A model generated the notes under the pieces. That model had not been told where the DNA came from. It made no database searches and saw nothing but the letters and a program-made list of their open reading frames with translations. The position numbers and the translations under genes are program-made. 64,000 nucleotides of DNA from an uncultured Candidatus Saccharibacteria bacterium (GTDB lineage: Bacteria > Patescibacteriota > Minisyncoccia > Phycocordibacterales > Phycocordibacteraceae), in the NCBI GenBank assembly GCA_964371445.1, contig CAYJLK010000002.1, positions 43,718-107,717 on the forward strand, written 5' to 3'. Shown in pieces: positions 29,985 to 38,643 of this stretch. Each line of letters opens with the position of its first letter. Positions within the stretch are counted from its first letter, which is position 1.

Positions 29985-30500
29985 TTATGCGCGCGAGGTG
30001 ATGGTGTATTTGCGCGGATCGTCGCACAGATCGGTGAATGCATGCGCCGCTTCCTTCAGTTTGCCCGAAGAAGATTTGCCGAAGGAGATGACCTCTACCT
30101 GACACCCCTCGTTCATGTCCAAGTACTGGATGAGCGGGATGAAATCGCCGTCGCCGGTGACAAGCACGACGGTATCGAGCTTCGGAGCGAGCTTGACCGC
30201 GTCAATCGCGAGCCCGACGTCCCAATCGGCCTTCTTCGCACCATCGGCGAATATCTGAAGGTCTTTCACCTTCGTCTCGATACCCATCTTGGTGAGCGCT
30301 TCGAAGAAGTTTGACTCTTCGCCGCTCTCGGTCGAGATGACGTAGGCGATGGCGCGCACGAGGATGCGGCCGCCCACGGCCTCTTCGAGAACCTTTCCGA
30401 AGTTGACGCGCGCCTTATAGAGATGTTTCGCACTGTGATAGAGATTTTGTGTGTCTATGAATACGCCGACACGCTGAGCGGGATGTTTGATAACTGCCAT
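29985..30500 (-). CDS. NYN-domain (LabA-like, PIN-like) protein
   Basis: VGVFIDTQNLYHSAK ... VLVTGDGDFIPL, a NYN ribonuclease-like fold signature. Confidence 0.8.
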   Translation of the reverse strand: MAVIKHPAQRVGVFIDTQNLYHSAKHLYKARVNFGKVLEEAVGGRILVRAIAYVISTESGEESNFFEALTKMGIETKVKDLQIFADGAKKADWDVGLAIDAVKLAPKLDTVVLVTGDGDFIPLIQYLDMNEGCQVEVISFGKSSSGKLKEAAHAFTDLCDDPRKYTITSRA

Positions 30501-30640
30501 ATAAATTTTCTTATAAAAACAAAATAATAAAACGACTCACTCACCCCATACTACCACCAAACGAGCGAGTAAAAGGAAGATTCCGATATTTCTTTTACGA
30601 ACGAGCGCAGGTGGAAAGCTTTGCTTACCACCCAAAAAAG

Positions 30641-30907
30641 CTATTTCTTGAGACCCAACTTCTTTATCAAAGCGTTGTAACGGCGCTTGTCATTCGTCTC
30701 GAGATAGCGGAGATGCATGCGACGATCGGCAACCATCTGCAAGAGACCGCGACGAGAATGAAAATCCTTCGGGTTTTTCTTCAAATGTTTTGCGAGTTCG
30801 TCGATCTGACGCGAAAGGAGCGCGACCTGTACATCCGGAGAACCGGTGTCAGTGTCGTGCCGGGCGGTGCTTTTCATCACCGCCGCCTTTTTCTTCGTGG
30901 TAAGCAT
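30641..30907 (-). CDS. rpsO: 30S ribosomal protein S15
   Basis: 88 aa, KDFHSRRGLLQMVADRRMHLRYL. Confidence 0.9.
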   Translation of the reverse strand: MLTTKKKAAVMKSTARHDTDTGSPDVQVALLSRQIDELAKHLKKNPKDFHSRRGLLQMVADRRMHLRYLETNDKRRYNALIKKLGLKK

Positions 30908-31001
30908 GAGTAGAGATACCCTACCATATCTTGCCTATTTACGCAAGTGTTATGGAATGCAGCTATTAATATTGTGCGCACATTATTGGTATACTTTCTA
31001 T

Positions 31002-31922
31002 ATGCAAGCTGAGGTCGCCAAGCGCCAGTTTCTTGAATACATTGAGATTGAGCGCGGACGCGCGGTGAAGACTATCGAAAATTATGATAGATACCTCTCC
31101 CGCTACTTCGAGCAGATGCAGATAAAGAGTGTGAGCGACATCACCGAGCAGAATGTGCGCGACTTTCGCCTCTGGCTCAACCGGCAGAAAGGGACGAAGG
31201 CCGACTCGATGAAGCGCCGCACCCAGAACTACTACATGATCGCGCTCCGCGCCTTCCTCAAGTTCCTGCGGAAACGTGATATCGACGCTATTTCCCCGGA
31301 GAAGATAGAGCTCGCCAAGCTCCCCGAGCGCCAACTCGACCTCATCACCTCCGCTGAACTCGAACGACTCATGAAGGCGCCTGGCGAGGCATATGAAAAA
31401 GAGACTGATGAAGATAAGAAGGTCGCCTATCTGCGCGACGCCGCGATACTGGAGATGCTCTTCTCTACCGGTCTGCGCGTGTCTGAACTTTGCTCATTAA
31501 ACTCTGATATTGATCTCACGCGCGACGAGCTCTCGGTGCGCGGCAAGGGCGAGAAGGTGCGAGTCGTCTTCCTCTCCCCCACTGCGAAGGAAGCGGTGCG
31601 TGCGTACCTCAAAGCGCGCAAGGATATGGAGGAGGCGCTCTTCGTCGACGGCCGGCCGAATAAGCTCCACCGCATCATCCCGCGCGATATCCAGCGCCAC
31701 TTAAAGACCTACGTCGCGCGCGCCGGCATCACGAACGTCGTCACGCCCCACACCCTCCGCCACGTCTTCGCCACCGACCTCCTCTCAAATGGCGCCGACA
31801 TCCGCAGTGTCCAACAGCTCCTCGGCCACGCCTCTATCAACACGACCCAGATCTACACCCACATCACCGACTCGCACTTGCGCGAAATCCATAAAAAGTT
31901 CCACGGGAAGTCCCGAAGCTGA
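31002..31922 (+). CDS. xerD: tyrosine recombinase XerC/XerD
   Basis: Trimmed to MQAEVAKRQFLEYIEIERGRAVKTIENYDRYL... Catalytic RHR...Y present (HTLRHVFAT, LLGHASINTTQIYTH). An extended -10 TGgTATACT lies just upstream. Confidence 0.88.
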   Translation: MQAEVAKRQFLEYIEIERGRAVKTIENYDRYLSRYFEQMQIKSVSDITEQNVRDFRLWLNRQKGTKADSMKRRTQNYYMIALRAFLKFLRKRDIDAISPEKIELAKLPERQLDLITSAELERLMKAPGEAYEKETDEDKKVAYLRDAAILEMLFSTGLRVSELCSLNSDIDLTRDELSVRGKGEKVRVVFLSPTAKEAVRAYLKARKDMEEALFVDGRPNKLHRIIPRDIQRHLKTYVARAGITNVVTPHTLRHVFATDLLSNGADIRSVQQLLGHASINTTQIYTHITDSHLREIHKKFHGKSRS

Positions 31923-32065
31923 CGAAGCAGGGAGGCGTGCATGGTCGAGGACGTGTCGGAACGCGACGGCGTGAGACACAGCAAATTTTCAGCCAGAAAA
32001 TTATGCGTGTCCGAGAACAAGCATGCCTGCCGGCGGCGAAGCGACCAGTGGTATACAATACTCAA

Positions 32066-32833
32066 ATGAAACTCGTGTCGTGGAACGTAAACGGCTTGCG
32101 GTCGCTCGCCAAGGAGAGCTACTGGGAATCATTTCTCGCGGGCGTGAAGCCAGATATCTTCTGCCTCCAAGAGACCAAGGCGAATCCGGACCAGCTTTCT
32201 GAAGCGTTCCTCTCCCCTGCCGGGTATTCGGCATTCTTTTCTTCCTGTCAGATTAAGAAGGGCTATAGCGGTGTCGCTCTCTATTCTAAAGTTGAGCCGC
32301 TGAAAGTGATTTACGGCATGGGCATCCCGGAATTCGACCAGGAGGGGCGCCTCATCGGCGCAGAATATGAGGATTTCTGGCTTCTCAATGCTTATTTTCC
32401 CAACGGCGGACAAGGTCCCGAACGTCTAGACTACAAAATGCGCTTCTACGACGCCTTTCTAAAGTTCATCGAGAAACTGCGTAAGGAGAAGCCCGTCATT
32501 TTCTGCGGCGACGTGAACACCGCCCATGAAGAGATAGACTTGGCGAGACCAAAAGAAAATGAAGAGAACACCGGCTTTCTCCCCGAGGAGCGCGCCTGGA
32601 TAGACGAGGTGGTGGCTGCCGGCTACATGGACTCCTTCCGCCACTTCCACCCCAACACCAAGGAGGCGTACAGCTACTGGGATATGTTCACCCGCGCGCG
32701 CGACCGCAATGTCGGCTGGCGCATCGACTACTTCTTCGTCGCAAGCGAGTTTATGAAACACGTGAAGAAAGCCGAGATCCACCCCGACATCTTCGGCTCC
32801 GACCACTGCCCTGTTTCCATCACCATCTCATAA
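32066..32833 (+). CDS. xth: exodeoxyribonuclease III
   Basis: Trimmed to MKLVSWNVNGLRS...; ends SDHCPVSI; Xth/APE1 family. Confidence 0.9.
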   Translation: MKLVSWNVNGLRSLAKESYWESFLAGVKPDIFCLQETKANPDQLSEAFLSPAGYSAFFSSCQIKKGYSGVALYSKVEPLKVIYGMGIPEFDQEGRLIGAEYEDFWLLNAYFPNGGQGPERLDYKMRFYDAFLKFIEKLRKEKPVIFCGDVNTAHEEIDLARPKENEENTGFLPEERAWIDEVVAAGYMDSFRHFHPNTKEAYSYWDMFTRARDRNVGWRIDYFFVASEFMKHVKKAEIHPDIFGSDHCPVSITIS

Positions 32834-32866
32834 AAAACCCGCGAAGACGCGGGACCAGGTTTTTTG
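32833..32866. terminator. bidirectional rho-independent terminator
   Basis: aaaaa-cccgcg-aaga-cgcggg-accaggtttttt: a perfect 6-bp GC stem with an A-run on one side and a T-run on the other. Confidence 0.7.
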
Positions 32867-33353
32867 CTGGACAGGGATGCGGCCTCCGCCACACAATCTA
32901 TATCTCGTTCATTCGGCCCTCGCGGACTCGGGTCTCCTGAACGGCTCCAGTAAAGGACAGTTATCCACAGGGTGTCCTTTACAATGTCCTTTAGTGGACT
33001 AGTATCAACAAAGGAGAGGCGATTGTACATTCTCGTTCTTTCGTCGGCGCTCTGCCTTCCTTGCGAGGTGTCTGCCCACATTCAGGATGATTCCTGACAC
33101 AAGCCCTCCGGCATGATGTTCCTTGTTTTTAGGAAGTGCCAGTACGCAAATATCAGTTGAGATAAAAAGCTACCCACATCTCGATCGTAGGCACCATTTA
33201 ACGCCCCAAGCTCCTACCCCGCCAACGGTCACCAAACTGGGTGGCTTTTTTAATTCAACACTGTTCCACGTGTAACACCCAACCGCACACGCATCGCTTT
33301 TGAATGAAGTCAGACTTCATTCAAAGTGCTGTGGATAAGCAAGCATTTCATAC

Positions 33354-33384
33354 ATTATATATCAAATTGTTCCACGTGGAACAA
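33354..33384 (-). promoter_or_regulatory. promoter-like -35/-10 (minus strand) overlapped by a perfect 18-bp palindrome TTGTTCCACGTGGAACAA
   Basis: On the minus strand, TATAAT (+33354-33359) lies 17 nt from GTTCCA (+33377-33382). The palindrome covers the -35. A near copy GTTCCACGTGTAAC is at 33263-33276. Confidence 0.3.
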
Positions 33385-33399
33385 TACTGGCTGGAATAG

Positions 33400-34866
33400 C
33401 TAGCAGACGTGGTGCTTCGACATTATCTGGCGTACTTCCTCATCCTCTGCCTCTTCCCTCTTCTTTTTCCCTGATTCGCCAAGCTTTTTAAGCTCTTCGT
33501 CTGACAAAGCGAGCAGTTCACTAGTTCTTTTATCCAAATATTCCTCGGTATTCTTAGCAGAATCATCAAGTATTTCCTCAAGAAGTGCGTTTAGGGTCCA
33601 GCCGATACGAGGTCCCGGTTCCACATGAAACTTCTCCATTATGCGTTCTCCGCCGGTCTTCAGCATACCGACTGAGATAGGATCGCGGAGCGCCTGCTCA
33701 ACCATTGCCTTGTACTTACGGAAGCGGAAGGGCTGTTCCTTGGGTCTGCCGGTGCCGATACGGTCGCAGATACGGAGATTTAGAAGGTCCCAGATGTTCT
33801 CCTCGCCGACGTTCTTAATCATCCGACGCACGGCTGAGAGGGTAATCTGCTCGGGATCAGAAAAGAACATGTGCCACCTGACCAGTTTGACCACCTTGTC
33901 GATTGTCTCGCGAGGGAAGTGCAGGTCTTCGAGCGCCTTCTTTGTTACACGTGAACCAACGACCTCGTGGCCGTGGAAGGTCCATTCTCCTTTCTCGTTC
34001 TTTCGGCGAGTCTCCGGCTTAGACACGTCGTGGAAGAGGCCGGCGAGGCGGATATCAAAGTTCCAGTCTTTATCGGCCGCGTGCTGCATAGTGCGCATCA
34101 GGTGCTCAAAGACGTCATAGCTGTGCGCCTGGTTCTGCTCCACACCAATGCCGCGGACGAGATCCGCTGAGATATATTCGAGGATGCCAAGACGCTGTGC
34201 GAGTACGAGGGCGTTCATTGGCTGAGTCGAATTGAGTATTCTCACAAGTTCATCCTTCACTCTTTCACGTGAAACATGGCTTAAATGCTTGCTATTTTCG
34301 CTTATCGCCGCCGCAGTCGTCCCGTCGATGCCGAAATCGAGTTCTGCAACGAGACGTACGGCACGGAGCATACGGAGCGCGTCTTCATTGAGACGTTCCG
34401 ACGCGTTGCCGACGGCTCTAATGAGCTTGTCCTTTATGTCCTTTTGACCGTCGTACGGGTCAATCAAATGTCCTCGAGAGTCTTCAAGTGCGATAGCGTT
34501 GATGGTGAAGTCACGGCGCGCGAGGTCTTCAAGCAGGGAAGCACCGAACTCTACTTTATCTGGTCGGCGCTTATCAGAATATTCTGACTCGGTACGATAG
34601 GGGGTCACTTCGATGATCGCGAGACGAGGGTCCTCTGAATCAGTCTTCACGCCGACCGTTCCATAGTCATTTTCATAAAAAGAATCAGGGAATAGGCCCT
34701 GGATCTGCTCAGGGTGAGCATTTGTGGTGATGTCCCAATCCTTCGGTTCTCGGCCGATAATCAGGTCTCGGACGCAGCCACCGACGAGATACGACTCATA
34801 GCCGGCCTTTCGTAGGACGTCTTCAACTGTTGTAACTTCAGACGGAATACGATACTGCATTTCCAA
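33400..34866 (-). CDS. cca: CCA-adding tRNA nucleotidyltransferase with HD domain
   Basis: 488 aa with the Pol-beta head GGCVRDLIIGREPKDWDITT and a C-terminal HD region. Confidence 0.88.
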   Translation of the reverse strand: MEMQYRIPSEVTTVEDVLRKAGYESYLVGGCVRDLIIGREPKDWDITTNAHPEQIQGLFPDSFYENDYGTVGVKTDSEDPRLAIIEVTPYRTESEYSDKRRPDKVEFGASLLEDLARRDFTINAIALEDSRGHLIDPYDGQKDIKDKLIRAVGNASERLNEDALRMLRAVRLVAELDFGIDGTTAAAISENSKHLSHVSRERVKDELVRILNSTQPMNALVLAQRLGILEYISADLVRGIGVEQNQAHSYDVFEHLMRTMQHAADKDWNFDIRLAGLFHDVSKPETRRKNEKGEWTFHGHEVVGSRVTKKALEDLHFPRETIDKVVKLVRWHMFFSDPEQITLSAVRRMIKNVGEENIWDLLNLRICDRIGTGRPKEQPFRFRKYKAMVEQALRDPISVGMLKTGGERIMEKFHVEPGPRIGWTLNALLEEILDDSAKNTEEYLDKRTSELLALSDEELKKLGESGKKKREEAEDEEVRQIMSKHHVC

Positions 34867-34897
34867 ATCCTATCACAGTGCCGTACACTAAAGACAC

Positions 34898-34969
34898 GCC
34901 CCCGTGGTGAAATGGATATCACTGCTGACTTCGGATCAGCCGTTCCGGGTTCGAATCCTGGCGAGGGCA
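34898..34969 (+). tRNA. tRNA-Arg (anticodon TCG), CCA not encoded
   Basis: Cloverleaf: acceptor GCCCCCG/CGAGGGC (1 mismatch), anticodon loop CTTCGGA with G37, T-arm CCGGG-TTCGAAT-CCTGG. Followed by caagc. Confidence 0.75.
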
Positions 34970-35014
34970 CAAGCACTGGAAAAATAAACAGGTGACGTGT
35001 TATCATGTCGCCAG

Positions 35015-35085
35015 CGCGGGTATGGTTCAATGGTAGAACATCTGGTTGCCAATCAGATGATGGGAGTTCGATTCTCCCTACCCGC
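35015..35085 (+). tRNA. tRNA-Gly (anticodon GCC), CCA not encoded
   Basis: Acceptor GCGGGTA/TACCCGC perfect, anticodon loop TTGCCAA, T-arm GGGAG-TTCGATT-CTCCC. Confidence 0.8.
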
Positions 35086-35096
35086 ACTGAGTAAGG

Positions 35097-35137
35097 CAAA
35101 AAGAGAAAGACCGACATTGCGTCGGTCTTTCTCTTTT
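35097..35137. terminator. strong bidirectional terminator after the tRNA pair
   Basis: aaaaagagaaagaccgac-attg-cgtcggtctttctcttttt: a 15-bp stem flanked by A- and T-runs. Confidence 0.7.
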
Positions 35138-35307
35138 TCGCCGCGCGAAGTGCGGGTATGGGCATTTCCATACACGCACGACCAAAATCGTGATTTCGAA
35201 ACGACTTTGGAGTTGTGTACAAACCTGTGCACACTGGGGATAAAGGACAGCAGACTTTTTAACAAGTCCGTGAAATAGTAAGGAAATGAGCCGTATTTCT
35301 AAAAGCC

Positions 35308-35703
35308 GTGAACATAGCATCTCTCACCAGTAAACAGGTCGGTAACCTAGGAGAGAGCGTCGCTTGCGAGTATCTCAAGCGGCACGGATTCTCGATTGTC
35401 GACCGCAATATCGCGCGAAAAACGGGCGAGCTCGACATCATCGCAAAGAAAGAAAATACGCTCCATTTCGTCGAAGTGAAGACGGTCCTCGTGCACAGAT
35501 TCCCCGACGAAAACGACTCGCACGATGTGTACGATCCCTCGCTCAACTTGCACGAAGCGAAGGTGTACAAGGTCGCCCGCACGGGAGAGTGGTATGTCCT
35601 TGAGAAAGGCTGGGAAGGGGAGTGGCAGGTCGACGGAATCCTCGTGTGGCTCCGCCGCGCTGACGGCATGACCCGCGTCTCCTACCTGCCGCAAATCGTC
35701 TAA
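35308..35703 (+). CDS. YraN/UPF0102 family endonuclease-like protein
   Basis: GESVACEYLKRHGFSIVDRNIARKTGELDIIA is the YraN signature. 131 aa. Confidence 0.75.
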   Translation: MNIASLTSKQVGNLGESVACEYLKRHGFSIVDRNIARKTGELDIIAKKENTLHFVEVKTVLVHRFPDENDSHDVYDPSLNLHEAKVYKVARTGEWYVLEKGWEGEWQVDGILVWLRRADGMTRVSYLPQIV

Positions 35704-35706
35704 TCA

Positions 35707-35777
35707 TCGGGCCGCCGAGAATTGAACTCGGTCTGCCTGCTCCCAAAGCAGGTGTACTACCGGCATACTCCGGCCCG
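35707..35777 (-). tRNA. tRNA-Pro (anticodon TGG), CCA not encoded
   Basis: Minus-strand cloverleaf: acceptor CGGGCCG/CGGCCCG, anticodon stem-loop CCTGC-TTTGGGA-GCAGG with G37, T-arm CCGAG-TTCAATT-CTCGG. Confidence 0.75.
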
Positions 35778-35797
35778 TTGTCCTCATCGTATCAGCT

Positions 35798-36928
35798 TTA
35801 TGGTAAATTCGCAGTCACTATCGCCTCGAGCGTCGGTATTTGGGGCGCGAAGTCGGCGGCGGCCGTCGGAGGCGATTTCGCAAAGAGGAGATCGAGCGCC
35901 TGTCCGGTCACGCCCGCATACGTCGCGCGGATATAGGAGGCAGTGACCGCGTCGAGCGAGCGTGTCTCGGTCGCACCCTCGACAGTGCTCGTCGTGATGG
36001 TAGCGACAAGCATCTCGGATGCGTCGGCGACGCCGCCACCCGAAGATCCTTCCTGCGCCGCCGCCGAACCGCCGAGTGAGAGCACGTCGATCGTATTTGT
36101 CTTAAACGTGAAGACTCCCTTTACCGAACCGAAGACAATGATAGGGAAGAGAGCGGATTGTATTTGGCTCGACTCGAGAAATTGTGCACCGTAGGAGGCG
36201 ATGACCACCGGCGTGCCGGCGGAAGGCGGCGTCTGCGCGAGTGATATGAAAGGGAATTCTGCCGGAAGCGCATCTCTGGTCGCACTCTTCGTGACGGCAA
36301 GAATCGCGAAATCATATTCGCCGGTTCCCGTCGGCGCCGCGAGCGTGAGCACATTTGCATTTTCTGAGAGCCATGCGGAGGGGATGTAGGCCAGCGCCGC
36401 ATCATAGCGGTCGGCGGCCGGACTGCCGGCGCGGATGGTGCAGTCGGCGCCGCGGTCGGCGAGGAGGAAATACTGCGCGATATGCGCATTGGTGAGGATG
36501 AACCCTTTTGCGTCGACGATGACGCCGCTACCGGAGATCGAGTGTAGACCGCTCCCCGCGGGCATATAACAGATGATGTTCACGAGCGCAGCACGAAGCG
36601 TCGAGGCAGCGCGATCAAGCGCTCCAGCATCGGGGACCGGAGCCGAAACGATAACGGGAGTCGGAGCGGGAGTCGGGACTGGCATCGACGCCGCCGGCGA
36701 GACGGTCTTCTCTGGAACAGACGCCTTCTGTTCCGCCGGCGCTAGTTGCGGTAACGTTATATCCGGCAAGACGAGATCGGGCAAGACTAAGAGCGTCGAA
36801 GACGCGGCTTGCAGATTCGTCTCGGCGACACGCACGACGGTCACGCTCCCGGAGAAAGCGACGATGAAGATGCCCAGGATGAGGGCGACGACAATTCCGA
36901 GATAGGGCGCTAGGCGCGACATGTTCAA
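35798..36928 (-). CDS. membrane-anchored trypsin-like serine protease
   Basis: N-terminal TM, a His motif GFILTNAHIA and a Ser motif GSSGGGV. No PDZ domain. Confidence 0.75.
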   Translation of the reverse strand: MNMSRLAPYLGIVVALILGIFIVAFSGSVTVVRVAETNLQAASSTLLVLPDLVLPDITLPQLAPAEQKASVPEKTVSPAASMPVPTPAPTPVIVSAPVPDAGALDRAASTLRAALVNIICYMPAGSGLHSISGSGVIVDAKGFILTNAHIAQYFLLADRGADCTIRAGSPAADRYDAALAYIPSAWLSENANVLTLAAPTGTGEYDFAILAVTKSATRDALPAEFPFISLAQTPPSAGTPVVIASYGAQFLESSQIQSALFPIIVFGSVKGVFTFKTNTIDVLSLGGSAAAQEGSSGGGVADASEMLVATITTSTVEGATETRSLDAVTASYIRATYAGVTGQALDLLFAKSPPTAAADFAPQIPTLEAIVTANLP

Positions 36929-36960
36929 AGGCTAACCCAAAAATGGTATTCTCACCACAC

Positions 36961-37034
36961 GCGGGATTAGTTTAATGGTAGAACATCAGTTTTCCAAACT
37001 GATAGCACCGGTCCGATTCCGGTATCCCGCACCA
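36961..37034 (+). tRNA. tRNA-Gly (anticodon TCC), CCA encoded
   Basis: Acceptor GCGGGAT/ATCCCGC perfect, anticodon loop TTTCCAA, ends ...GCACCA. Confidence 0.8.
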
Positions 37035-37059
37035 ACACAAAGAGGAGTACCATAGAGAG

Positions 37060-38196
37060 ATGGAACCGCTCGCCGCGAGGATACGGCCGACAACACTCGA
37101 CGAGGTGGTGGGGCAGGAGCACCTGGTCGGAGCAGGGAAGCCGCTTCGGGTTGCGGTCGAGAAGCGGCACAAGTTTTCGTTTATCCTCTGGGGTCCGCCC
37201 GGCACGGGGAAGACGACCATCGCACGCATCTATGCGCGCGCCCTTGATGCTGAGCTCTTCGAGCTCTCCGCCGTCTCCGCCGGTAAAGAGGACATTCGCA
37301 AGATAGTTAGCGGTACGCAGGAACAGGGAGCAGAGAAGCCGAAGGTCTTATTTTTAGACGAAATTCATCGGTTCAATAAAGCCCAACAAGATTTTCTTTT
37401 GCCCTATGTGGAGAGCGGCGAGCTCACCCTTATCGGTGCGACAACCGAGAACCCATCGTTCGAGGTTATCGCGCCGCTTCTCTCACGCTGTCGCGTCTTC
37501 GTCTTGGAGCCTCTCTCTGAAGAGGCTCTACGATCAATCGTGAAGCGCACCAAGTTGAAGGTGAAGAAAGACGCGTTTGACTGGCTCTTAGGATACGCAA
37601 ACGGCGATGCGCGCAGAGCGCTCGGGATGCTCGAGGGCGCACAAAGTCTGTATGGAGACATAACTGCCGAGACACTCAACAAAGCGCTCGAGTCGCCGCA
37701 TCTGCGCTACGACAAGAAGGGAGAAGAGCACTACGACACCATCAGTGCGTTTATAAAAAGTATGCGCGCCTCGCAGGCGGACGCGGCGCTCTATTATCTC
37801 GCGCGCATGGTCGAGGCGGGGGAGGACCCGCTCTTTATAGCTCGAAGGATGGTCATATTCGCGAGCGAAGACATCGGGCTCGCTCAGCCGACCGCGCTCG
37901 TGGTCGCCAATGCCGTCTTCCGTGCGTGCGAGACCATCGGCTACCCGGAGTGCGCCATCAACCTCGCCCACGGCGTCGCGTATCTTGCGCAAGCGAAGAA
38001 GAACCGCTCGGCATATGATGCGCTTCGCGCCGCGCAGGCAGACGTGCACGAGCACGGCAACCTCCCGGTGCCCAAGAAGATACGCAATCCCGTGACCAAG
38101 CTGATGAAAGAACTCGACTACGGGAAAGAGTATGAGAAATATGACAATGAGTCGTATCTCCCCGATAAAATAAAGAAAAAGAGATATTTGAAATGA
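37060..38196 (+). CDS. rarA: replication-associated recombination protein A (AAA ATPase)
   Basis: [39 protein letters not shown]; MgsA/RarA family. Confidence 0.9.
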   Translation: MEPLAARIRPTTLDEVVGQEHLVGAGKPLRVAVEKRHKFSFILWGPPGTGKTTIARIYARALDAELFELSAVSAGKEDIRKIVSGTQEQGAEKPKVLFLDEIHRFNKAQQDFLLPYVESGELTLIGATTENPSFEVIAPLLSRCRVFVLEPLSEEALRSIVKRTKLKVKKDAFDWLLGYANGDARRALGMLEGAQSLYGDITAETLNKALESPHLRYDKKGEEHYDTISAFIKSMRASQADAALYYLARMVEAGEDPLFIARRMVIFASEDIGLAQPTALVVANAVFRACETIGYPECAINLAHGVAYLAQAKKNRSAYDALRAAQADVHEHGNLPVPKKIRNPVTKLMKELDYGKEYEKYDNESYLPDKIKKKRYLK

Positions 38197-38235
38197 AAAC
38201 AAACGCGGCGCCTTCCGGCGCCGCGTTTGTTTTCT
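38197..38235. terminator. bidirectional terminator between rarA and hup
   Basis: aaaacaaacgcggcgcc-ttcc-ggcgccgcgtttgtttt, a perfect palindrome. Confidence 0.7.
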
Positions 38236-38246
38236 GCACAAAAACC

Positions 38247-38519
38247 TTATTTCACTGCGTCCTTCAGTGCCTTTGCGGCGCGGAACTTCGCGGTGCGGCT
38301 TGCGGCGATATGAATCGTCTCACCGGTTCGAGGATTCCTACCCTGGCGCGCAGGACGTGCCTTCGTCGCGAAGATACCGAGGCCGGCGATCGATACTTCG
38401 TCGCCTGACTTGAGGCTCTTAACGATAGAATCGATGACGGTCTCGACAGCGCGTTCGGCATCAGCCTTCGTCGAACCGAGAACGCCATGTACCTTGTCGA
38501 CAATGTCTGCTTTGTTCAT
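38247..38519 (-). CDS. hup: DNA-binding protein HU
   Basis: 90 aa, MNKADIVDKV...GFGKF-like arm RNPRTGETIHIAASRTAKF. Confidence 0.9.
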   Translation of the reverse strand: MNKADIVDKVHGVLGSTKADAERAVETVIDSIVKSLKSGDEVSIAGLGIFATKARPARQGRNPRTGETIHIAASRTAKFRAAKALKDAVK

Positions 38520-38643
38520 GAATATCTGCTAGCTGCTAATCCCGCGGCCGAGAGGGGCGGGCATGAGAGAAAGTATAGGAAATGCGCCACATTGCGCAAT
38601 AGGGCTTGACCACCCAGCGTGGATAATGTGAAATCAAGAAAAA

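Noticed and set aside
31002-31922. Phage or ICE integrase next to tRNAs
   Set aside because: The protein has the size (306 aa) and motifs of housekeeping XerC/XerD. No flanking direct repeats of tRNA ends and no phage or transposase genes were seen.
33345-33372. Possible dif site (Xer recombination site) near xerD: CATTTCATACATTATATATCAAATTG
   Set aside because: It is an AT-rich imperfect palindrome, but it does not match the conserved XerD-arm consensus TTATGTTAAAT / TTATGTAAACT. It is more likely the -10 region of the promoter-like element.
32867-33400. RNase P RNA, tmRNA or SRP RNA in the ORF-free region
   Set aside because: No GGAAAGUCCGGGCUCC or ACAGAAxCCGGCUUA (RNase P), no tRNA-like TTCGA T-arm with CCA end (tmRNA), and only a weak GGAAGGCAG resemblance to SRP domain IV. 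A covariance-model scan is needed. It stays a candidate ncRNA without a class.
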